Assembly (NCBI RefSeq): GCF_004765795.1
Contig: NZ_SBIV01000002.1
Coordinates: 1 to 64,000 of the forward strand
Direction: 5' to 3'
DNA: 64,000 nucleotides
From: Halorussus marinus
Lineage (GTDB): Archaea > Halobacteriota > Halobacteria > Halobacteriales > Haladaptataceae
Within the stretch, counting starts at the first letter, position 1. Each line of letters opens with the position of its first letter. This document shows positions 49,681 through 57,550 of this stretch, one piece after another. The notes beneath the pieces were generated by a model. That model was not told the DNA's origin. It made no database searches and saw nothing but the letters and a program-made list of their open reading frames with translations. A program made the position numbers and the translations under genes.

Positions 49681-51051
49681 TTAGTATTTAGGCTCGGCGC
49701 CGGTCGTCGCGTAGATGTCGTCCATGATCGCGTCCCGGCGGGCCTGCCACCCCGAGAGCCGGTCCGGCGAGGAGGGGTAGTCCCGATAGTGGTCGATGAG
49801 GTCGTCGGCGTGGCGCTTGGTCTTGTAGAGGTCGTAGATCAGGTCCCAGTGGCCGATGGACTTGATCGCGGTCTGGACCTTGAGCCACCAGCCGACGTTG
49901 GCGCTGCCCGAGTAGAGCGCCTCGGCGAGCTTGTCGGAGGGGAGCGCGCCGAGCAGTCCCATGAGGTCGTCAACGTCGACCGCGGTCGAGAAGACGTTGT
50001 ACACGTCGAGGCCGGCGTAGCGCGCGCCGAAGTGGTCCATGACGCGCTCGTTGTACTCCCAGAGGGCGTCCTCGCCGACGTCGCCGTCCTCGATCGCGTC
50101 GATCGCGGCCTCGGCGGCGTACTTGCCGGCGTAGGCCGCGCCCGCGATCCCGCCGCCGGTAGTGGGGTTGACGTGGCCGGCCGCGTCGCCGACCGCCACG
50201 AACCCGGGCGCGACCGCCGAGTCGTAGGGCCGGCGGGTCGGGAGCGCCGCCCCGAGTTTGTCCTCGACCGTCGCGCCCGCGAACTCCGGCCGATTGCGGA
50301 GGTCGCGCTTGAGGTCGTCGACGAGGTGCATCGGCTCCTCGTTCATCTGGAAGCCGAGCCCGGCGTTGATCTCGGTCTCGGTCCGCGGGAAGTACCAGAG
50401 GTAGCCCGCCGCCCGTTCGGTCGGCTTGAACACCAGCGCGTCCGACCACTCGACCGGCTCCTCGACTTCGACGATCTCGCGGTAGGCCGAGCAGAACTGC
50501 GAGTAGGTGACGTTGGTGTCGAACGTGCTCTGGTCGAGGTCGGCCTTGTCCTGGAGGATCGACAGCGAGCCGGCGGCGTCGACCACCACGTCGGCGTTGT
50601 ACCGCTGGACGCTCCCGTCGCGTTTGCCCCGGACGCCCGTGACCCGACCGTCCTCGCGCTGGGTCACGTCTTTGACGACCGTGTCGTAGTGGAACTCGAC
50701 GCCGGCGCGTTCGGCACCCTCGATGATCGACCGACCGTACTCCCACCGGTCGATGACCGCGAGTTCGCCCGGCACCGGGATCTCGAGGACGGTGTCCTCC
50801 TGTGGGATCTCGAACCGGCCGTGGTCGACGTCGGTGTTGGTGAACGACGACGCCAACTGGGACTTCGGGATGGCCTCGGGAAAGGCGTCGGCGCCCTTGA
50901 GCGCGTCGCCGCAGGCGATGTGGCCCGCCTCCTCCTCGTCCTTCCGCTCGACGACGACGACATCGTAGCCCGCGTCGCTGGCGGTGGCGGCGGCGTAACA
51001 GCCGGCCGTTCCCGCGCCGACGACGACGACGTCGTGCTCGTGAGTAGCCAT
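49681..51051 (-). CDS. Geranylgeranyl reductase family flavoprotein
   Basis: VVGAGTAG, ACGDA, YLWYFP, GDAAGHVNPTTGGGI. Confidence 0.92.
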   Translation of the reverse strand: MATHEHDVVVVGAGTAGCYAAATASDAGYDVVVVERKDEEEAGHIACGDALKGADAFPEAIPKSQLASSFTNTDVDHGRFEIPQEDTVLEIPVPGELAVIDRWEYGRSIIEGAERAGVEFHYDTVVKDVTQREDGRVTGVRGKRDGSVQRYNADVVVDAAGSLSILQDKADLDQSTFDTNVTYSQFCSAYREIVEVEEPVEWSDALVFKPTERAAGYLWYFPRTETEINAGLGFQMNEEPMHLVDDLKRDLRNRPEFAGATVEDKLGAALPTRRPYDSAVAPGFVAVGDAAGHVNPTTGGGIAGAAYAGKYAAEAAIDAIEDGDVGEDALWEYNERVMDHFGARYAGLDVYNVFSTAVDVDDLMGLLGALPSDKLAEALYSGSANVGWWLKVQTAIKSIGHWDLIYDLYKTKRHADDLIDHYRDYPSSPDRLSGWQARRDAIMDDIYATTGAEPKY

Positions 51052-51179
51052 ACCTTCGGCTACGAGACGCAGGGGGCAAAACTCTTTATACGCGGAATTT
51101 GGAATCTGTCGGGCGCGAGCCGACGCGACGCGGTCGCCGGGAATAAAGAGTGAAGTGTCGGAGTTGTCTACTCCGAGGT

Positions 51180-51509
51180 ATGGCCGACTACACCGTCGAG
51201 TTCGCCGGGACGGGCGAGACCGTCGAGGTCTCGGACACCGAGACGATCCTGAGCCGCTGTATCGAGGAGGGCATCGCCCAGGAGTACTCCTGTCGGGTCG
51301 GGATGTGTCTGGCGTGTTCGGCCGAGATCGTCGAGGGAGAGGTGACCCAGCCCGCGGCCCGGGGACTGACCGACGAGGAGGCCGAGTCGTACGCGCTGAC
51401 CTGCATGGCCCGCCCGCAGAGCGATCTGGTGCTCGACCGCGGGAAGTACCCGCCGAGCATCGACGACGAGGCGGCGGCCAGCGAGGCGCCCGCGGCCGAC
51501 GACGACTGA
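51180..51509 (+). CDS. [2Fe-2S] ferredoxin
   Basis: SCRVGMCLAC...LTC. Confidence 0.93.
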   Translation: MADYTVEFAGTGETVEVSDTETILSRCIEEGIAQEYSCRVGMCLACSAEIVEGEVTQPAARGLTDEEAESYALTCMARPQSDLVLDRGKYPPSIDDEAAASEAPAADDD

Positions 51510-52322
51510 TCACCGACGAGTTCTCTCGAACCACTCGACCGCGTACTCGACCAGCGGGCGCTGGTCGAGAAGTCGCGCCTCGGCGTGGCCCACTCGCCCG
51601 CGAGCGACCGCGTCCGGCCGATCGCGCTCGAACGCCCGACCGAGGTCCGCGAAGTCGCCGCCGTCGTAGTCGGGGCGCTCGAACTCGATCCACGCTCGCT
51701 CGCCGTCGAGCAGGACGGGCGCGCCGTCGCTCAACACCGTCTGGTCGAACCGCGCGCGGTGCTCGGCGAGGTGGAGCGAGGTGTCGCTGTCGTGACCGAC
51801 CCCGAGCAGTAGCACCGACCCACCGCGGTCGTACACCGCCGCGAGCGGCGATTTTTCCCCGAGTCCGCCGTCGTAGGCGTGGTCGGCGACGACGGCGTCT
51901 GCGTCCGCGCCTCGCGCCGCGAACGAGTAGATGGGGTGGCGACTCCGGACGACGCCGGGCGACGACCGGAACGACTCGGGGATCGCGCCCATCCCGCGGG
52001 TCGGCGACACGTCGGGGCGGTACGGCGCCATCGAGGTCCGGATCCCGCCGGACGCGCCGTCGGGAGCCGTCGAGTTCTCCCAGTCGGTCGGGTCCGCGTA
52101 CTGGGGCGAGTGAGTCGGCATCACCAGCGTCCCCGCCGCTGAGACGGCGTCAAACAGCGCGTCGACGACCGCCCGAGCGCCCCCGGGGACCCACCCGAGC
52201 GAGGACAGCGACGAGTGGACCAGCAGGGTGTCGTCCTCACGAACACCGAGCGACCGGAGGTCGTCGGCGAGGCGCGAGACGGTCACGGGGTCGGATCGGT
52301 CGACGGCGTCGGCTCCGGTCAT
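51510..52322 (-). CDS. AAC(3)/Antibiotic_NAT family acetyltransferase
   Basis: LLVHSSLSSLGWV.GG, LVMPT, RSRHP, DTSLHLAE. Confidence 0.9.
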   Translation of the reverse strand: MTGADAVDRSDPVTVSRLADDLRSLGVREDDTLLVHSSLSSLGWVPGGARAVVDALFDAVSAAGTLVMPTHSPQYADPTDWENSTAPDGASGGIRTSMAPYRPDVSPTRGMGAIPESFRSSPGVVRSRHPIYSFAARGADADAVVADHAYDGGLGEKSPLAAVYDRGGSVLLLGVGHDSDTSLHLAEHRARFDQTVLSDGAPVLLDGERAWIEFERPDYDGGDFADLGRAFERDRPDAVARGRVGHAEARLLDQRPLVEYAVEWFERTRR

Positions 52323-52324
52323 GC

Positions 52325-52918
52325 TTACGGGGGTCGCTCCAGCGCGAACTGGTCCTCGATCGTCGTGTAGCGGCTCCCCGAGAGCCGCCCCACCGCGTCG
52401 AGCTTCGTGGTGTCGAGTTTGCCGTCGGTCGTCACCTCGTCGGCGACGTGGACCCACTCGACTTCGCCGAGAATCATCGTCGAGTCGCCCACGGCGACCA
52501 TCTCGTACAGCGAACACTCGAAGGCCACGTCAGTTTCGGCCACCCGCGGGGGCGTCACCGTTCGGGAGTCGGCCCGCGCGAGGCCGGTGTCGTCGAACTC
52601 GCTCTCGCCGGCGGGGAGGGTCGCGCTCGTGGCGTTCATCGACTCGGCGAGCGGTTCGGTGACGACGTTGACGACGAACTCCTCGGTCGCCCGGACGTTC
52701 CGGGGCGTGTCTTTGAGCCCCTCCGGGGCGTCGTCGTCGTTCACCGGGGCGAACATCACCACCGGCGGCGCGACCGATACGACGTTGAAGAAGCTGTACG
52801 GCGCGAGGTTGTCGACGCCGTCGGAGGTGGTCGTGCTGACCCACGCGATCGGGCGCGGGACCACCGCACCGGCCAGCGTCCGGTAGAGCGAGGACAGCTC
52901 GTCCGGGTCGAGTTCCAT
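52325..52918 (-). CDS. Flavin reductase-like protein
   Basis: PRPIAWVST, NLAPYSFF, KDT..N, EFVVN. Confidence 0.92.
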   Translation of the reverse strand: MELDPDELSSLYRTLAGAVVPRPIAWVSTTTSDGVDNLAPYSFFNVVSVAPPVVMFAPVNDDDAPEGLKDTPRNVRATEEFVVNVVTEPLAESMNATSATLPAGESEFDDTGLARADSRTVTPPRVAETDVAFECSLYEMVAVGDSTMILGEVEWVHVADEVTTDGKLDTTKLDAVGRLSGSRYTTIEDQFALERPP

Positions 52919-52971
52919 ACCTCCGGAACGGCCCGCGAGAATGAAGGGATTGCGGTCGCGGTTCGCCGGTC

Positions 52972-54126
52972 TCAGTCCGGGGTGACCGCGCAGTTGTTGG
53001 GCCCGAGTTCGAGTTCGAACGCCGCCTCGTCGTCGACGCGCTCGGTCCCGAGGTTCGCCGGAATGATCCGCTCGTAGTTGGCGGGTCGGGGCGGAAGCGA
53101 GTCGGTCACCCGCGAGACGAACGCCTCGCGGTCGGCGGCCAGCGAGATCCGCTCCCGAACCGTCGAGAGCGCCGCGGCGTGGGCCTCCCCAGAATCGACC
53201 GGCGCGTCGGGCGATCGGTGGCCCGGCGCGACCACCGTCTCGTCGGGGAGCGCGAACAGTCGATCCCGGAGGGTGTCGTACAGCGATTCGGCGAGGTCGG
53301 CGGCGCCGTCGGCGCCGCGTTCGAGGTCCGGGCGGCCGAACCCGTCGAGAAACAGCGCGTCGCCGGTGAAGATCGCGTCGCCGAGTCTGAGCGCGGTGAG
53401 CTCAGTGGTGTGGCCCGGGGCGTGGAGCGCGGTGAGGGTCGCGTCGCCGAACCGGAGCTCGTCGCCCTCAGCCAGCAAGCGCGCGTCGAACGCCAACCCC
53501 CGGTCGCGGGCGCCCGCCGGGAGAACCGCCTCGACGCCGTCGCGTTCGGCGAGCGTCCGAACGCCCGAGAGGTGGTCGGCGTGGACGTGGGTGTCGACGG
53601 CGTGGGTCACCGCGGCGCCCCGAGCCTCGGCGTCCGCGACGTATCGGTCGGCGAACGCCCGGAGCGGGTCGACGACCGCGGCCGCCCCGCCGGAGACGAC
53701 GAGGTACGACAGACAGCCGCTCGCCGGTCGGTCGTACTGGACGACCGTCGCGTCCGCGGACGCCGCCGGGAGTTGGCTGGCGACGTACACCCGGGCCCAG
53801 CCGTGCATCCCGCCGGCGAGGTTCCGGGCGTCGATCCCCGCCGCCCGGAGGTGGTCGGCGACGGTCGCGCTGACCTCGCCGCGGGGACAGACCGCGATCA
53901 CCGGCGAGTCGAGGTCGAGGTCGGCCGCGAACTCGTCGATCTCGCCGCGGGCCTTCGCGGCGGCGAACTCCGAGTAGGGGACCTGCGTCGCCGTGACGGT
54001 CTCGCCCGCGATCCGCCACGCCTCGAACTCGTCGCGATTTCGGACGTCGAGCAGGTGGACGGGATCGCCGCGAGCGAGCGTGTCGTACAGCTCCTCGGGC
54101 GACAGCGAAGGGGTGTCGTCGGTCAC
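52972..54126 (-). CDS. Rhodanese + MBL-fold (persulfide dioxygenase-like) fusion
   Basis: LDVR, CPRGEVS, LAGGMHGW; THVHADH, PGHT, GDALF, GPNNCA; GTG start inferred. Confidence 0.9.
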   Translation of the reverse strand: MTDDTPSLSPEELYDTLARGDPVHLLDVRNRDEFEAWRIAGETVTATQVPYSEFAAAKARGEIDEFAADLDLDSPVIAVCPRGEVSATVADHLRAAGIDARNLAGGMHGWARVYVASQLPAASADATVVQYDRPASGCLSYLVVSGGAAAVVDPLRAFADRYVADAEARGAAVTHAVDTHVHADHLSGVRTLAERDGVEAVLPAGARDRGLAFDARLLAEGDELRFGDATLTALHAPGHTTELTALRLGDAIFTGDALFLDGFGRPDLERGADGAADLAESLYDTLRDRLFALPDETVVAPGHRSPDAPVDSGEAHAAALSTVRERISLAADREAFVSRVTDSLPPRPANYERIIPANLGTERVDDEAAFELELGPNNCAVTPD

Positions 54127-54237
54127 GCCCGGCGATACGGGCCGCGCGGTCAAAACGCTGTGGCAGACCGGGGTCGGCTCGGAGCCGCCCGCTCGCTCCC
54201 GTAGCCTTTTAACGCTCACACCCCGAACGGCCGGGTA

Positions 54238-55722
54238 ATGACTGCTCAGGCTGTCCAGCAGGAGGACCTCGCGGTCGTCATCGGACTGGAGGTCCACGTC
54301 CAGCTGGAGACCGACACGAAGATCTTCTGTGGCTGTTCGACCGACGTGGCCGACGACGAGCCCAACACCCACACCTGTCCGGTGTGTCTCGGCCTGCCGG
54401 GAGCGCTCCCCGTCCTGAACGAGGCGGCCGTCGAGTCGGCGGTGAAGGTCGGGAAGGCCATCGACGCCGACGTCCCCGCGGAGACGGCGTTCCACCGGAA
54501 GAACTACTTCTACCCCGACCTCCCGAAGGGGTTCCAGATTACCCAGTACGACGCGCCGATCTGTCAGGACGGCGAGCTCGAAGTCGAGGTCGAGGGCGAG
54601 CGCAGGACCGTCGGCATCCGGCGCGCCCACCTCGAAGAGGACCCCGGGAGCATCCAGCACGAGGGCGGGAGCATCGACACCGCCGATTACACGCTGGTCG
54701 ACTACAACCGCGCGGGCGTCCCGCTGATGGAGATCGTGACCGAGCCCGACTTCCGGGGCGCGGCCGAGGTCCGGGCGTTCCTCGCGAAGCTCGAAGAGGT
54801 GCTCGAGTACCTCGGCGTGTTCGACAGCCAGCGCGACGGGAGCCTCCGGATCGACGCCAACCTCAGCGTGGTGCCCGGCGAGGAGATCGACGACGGCGCG
54901 ATCAGCGACGAGGCCCTCGAAGACGCAAACCGCACCGAGGTCAAGAACATCTCCAGCCACAAGGGCGCCGAGAAGGCGCTGTCCTACGAGGCGACCCGCC
55001 AGAAGAACGCGGTCAAGCGCGGCCGCGAGGTCGCCCAGGAGACCCGCCACTGGGACGAGTCGCGGGGCATCACCGTCTCGATGCGCTCGAAGGAAGAGGA
55101 GAAAGACTACCGGTACTTCCGGGAGGCCGACCTGCCGCCCCTGCGGGTCAGCGACTGGAAGGAACAACTGGAGATTCCCGAACTCCCCGACGCCCGCCGC
55201 GAACGGTTCCGCGAGGAGTACGGCCTGAGCGCGGAGGCCGCGAGCAAGCTCACCTCGACGAAGCAGGTCGCGGACTTCTACGAGGACGTGGCCGGCGAGT
55301 ACGACCCCGACCTCGCGGCGACGTGGGTCGCGGACAACCTGCTCGGCGAACTCAACTACCGCGACATGGCGATCACCGACGTCGCCGACCGGCTCGGGGA
55401 GTTCAAGCGACTCGTCGAACTGGTCGCCGACGGGGAGATAACGACGAAGAACGCCGAGGAGGTCGTCCTCCGCGAGATGCTCGACGAGGGCGACGACCCC
55501 GAGACCGTCATCGACCGCGAGGGGCTCGGGAAGGCCGACGAGGGCGCCGTCGAGGGAGCCGTCGCGGCCGCGATCGAGGAGAACCCCGACGCGGTCGAGG
55601 ACTACCACGCCGGCGAGGACGGCGCGCTCAACTTCCTCGTCGGGCAGGTGATGCAGAAGACCGGCGGGAGCGCCGACCCCGGGTCGGTCAACGGGCTGTT
55701 GCGCGAGCGCCTCGACGAGTAG
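54238..55722 (+). CDS. gatB: Asp/Glu-tRNA amidotransferase subunit B
   Basis: IGLEVHVQL, RKNYFYPDLPKGFQITQ, NRAGVPLMEIVTEP, YRYFRE; TTTTAA box at 54207. Confidence 0.97.
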   Translation: MTAQAVQQEDLAVVIGLEVHVQLETDTKIFCGCSTDVADDEPNTHTCPVCLGLPGALPVLNEAAVESAVKVGKAIDADVPAETAFHRKNYFYPDLPKGFQITQYDAPICQDGELEVEVEGERRTVGIRRAHLEEDPGSIQHEGGSIDTADYTLVDYNRAGVPLMEIVTEPDFRGAAEVRAFLAKLEEVLEYLGVFDSQRDGSLRIDANLSVVPGEEIDDGAISDEALEDANRTEVKNISSHKGAEKALSYEATRQKNAVKRGREVAQETRHWDESRGITVSMRSKEEEKDYRYFREADLPPLRVSDWKEQLEIPELPDARRERFREEYGLSAEAASKLTSTKQVADFYEDVAGEYDPDLAATWVADNLLGELNYRDMAITDVADRLGEFKRLVELVADGEITTKNAEEVVLREMLDEGDDPETVIDREGLGKADEGAVEGAVAAAIEENPDAVEDYHAGEDGALNFLVGQVMQKTGGSADPGSVNGLLRERLDE

Positions 55723-55841
55723 CGGACGGGCGACGCGTCGGTTCTCGGACCGCGAGGGGCGCGCCGCGCTCCTGTCTCGACCCCGTTGCGGCGTGCTGTC
55801 AGGTCACGCGACGAGGTGGCCGCGCCTTCCGATTTAAGTCC

Positions 55842-57269
55842 TCAGTCGCCGGGCGTGGCCGCCGGCTCCTTCTCCACGACGCCGCGTTTCCACCGGCCGA
55901 GCGCGAACCACAGGACGCCGACCACGAACGATCCGATCGCCGACGCCGCCCACGACCACCAGAGGCCGGTGACCCCCCAGCCGAACCCCGAGAGGGTGAG
56001 CCCCGCGACGGTGACCGTCCCGCCGTAGGCGAACAGCACCGCGAGCGGGATCCGGAGCACCCACCGCGAGAGGAACGATAGGGCCATCGCGACCAGCGTG
56101 TCGCCCGCGCCCCGGAACCCGCCCTGTACGACCATCAGCCCGCCGAAGAAGGCGAGGAACGGTCCGATGATGCGGAGAAACCGCACGCCCTCGGCGACGA
56201 CCGCCGGATCGCCGATGAAGATCCGCATCGCCGCCCCGGGGAAGGCGAACATGAGCCCGCCGGCCCCGAACAGCACCGCCATCGTCCCCGCGGTCGCCTT
56301 CCAGGTCACCTCAGCGGCCCGGTCGGGGGTGTCGGCGCCGAGGTTCTGGCCGACGCCGGTCGCGGCCGCCTGTCCGACCGCGCCCGAGACGGTCCACGAC
56401 ACCGACATCAGCCGGACGCCGACCCCGTAGGCCGCGGTCGGGATGGGCCCGAACCGGGCGACCAGCGCCGCCATCGCGACCGCGGCGAAGCTCCGGGCCG
56501 CGCCGTCGACGGTCGCGGGCGAGCCGACGGTGACGAGCTTCTTGAGCACCGGCCAGTCGGGCCGGAGATCCGCCAGCCGGAGCCGGACGCCCCACTCGCC
56601 TTTGACGAGGATGTAGACGCCCACGATCGCGACGAGGACCCGCGAAATCAGGGTCGCCACCGCCGCGCCGCGAGTGCCCCACGCCGGGAACGGGCCGTAC
56701 CCGAGGATCAGGAAGGGGTCGAGCACGACGTTGAGCCCCGCCGAAAACACCATCAGCCACATCGCGGTCTTGGTGTCGCCGGCGCCCCGGAGCACCGCCC
56801 GGAAGACGAAAAAGAGGAAGGTGAACGGGATCGCGACGAAAAGCACCTCGATGTAGGCGAGCGCCGCGGTGTAGACCTCCCCGCGCGCGCCGACGAGCGT
56901 GACGAGGGGCTCGCGGAACGTGTAGCCGGCCGTCGCCAGCGTCACCGACACCGCGACCGTGAGCAACAGCGTCTGAGCGACGACGTTGTCGGTCTGTCGG
57001 TCGTTGCCCGCGCCGACGTGCTGGGAGACCAGCGCGACCGAGGCCGCGGTCAGCCCCATCGCCACCGAGACGAACATCCACGAGGTCGGGAACATCAGCG
57101 AGACCGCCGCGACCGCCTCGGGGCTGACTCGGCCGACCCAGAACATGTCCGCGAGGTTGTAGAACGTCTGGAGGAGGTTGCCCGCGACCAGCGGCCACGC
57201 GAGGCTCGTCAGTTTCGGCGTGATCGCTCCGGTCGTCATGTCGACGCGGCTGTCGGTGCTCTCGGACAC
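55842..57269 (-). CDS. MATE family efflux transporter
   Basis: YNLADMFWVG, RGAGDTK, NVVLDP, duplicated halves. Confidence 0.93.
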   Translation of the reverse strand: MSESTDSRVDMTTGAITPKLTSLAWPLVAGNLLQTFYNLADMFWVGRVSPEAVAAVSLMFPTSWMFVSVAMGLTAASVALVSQHVGAGNDRQTDNVVAQTLLLTVAVSVTLATAGYTFREPLVTLVGARGEVYTAALAYIEVLFVAIPFTFLFFVFRAVLRGAGDTKTAMWLMVFSAGLNVVLDPFLILGYGPFPAWGTRGAAVATLISRVLVAIVGVYILVKGEWGVRLRLADLRPDWPVLKKLVTVGSPATVDGAARSFAAVAMAALVARFGPIPTAAYGVGVRLMSVSWTVSGAVGQAAATGVGQNLGADTPDRAAEVTWKATAGTMAVLFGAGGLMFAFPGAAMRIFIGDPAVVAEGVRFLRIIGPFLAFFGGLMVVQGGFRGAGDTLVAMALSFLSRWVLRIPLAVLFAYGGTVTVAGLTLSGFGWGVTGLWWSWAASAIGSFVVGVLWFALGRWKRGVVEKEPAATPGD

Positions 57270-57550
57270 TACTCAGTGGTCAATCGGGCGATCAGTTCTT
57301 AAACGCGCGGGTTCCCCGTCGGACCTGCCGGGAGTCGCGGTCGGCGTCGCGGGGGTCGCGAGCGGCCGGTCGCCACGCGTCAGGCGCCCGCGACGGACCC
57401 GCGCGTGAGCGCGTCTGTCCCGCCGCCCGCTTGCGATTTCTCGCGGCGAAAGCTTTAGGCGGTCTGTTGTCCTACCGGGAACACGATGACCGACCAGCGA
57501 CCCCCGGCGGGCCTTCGCGCCGGGCGACGCGAGCCGACCGGAGGTGGGGC

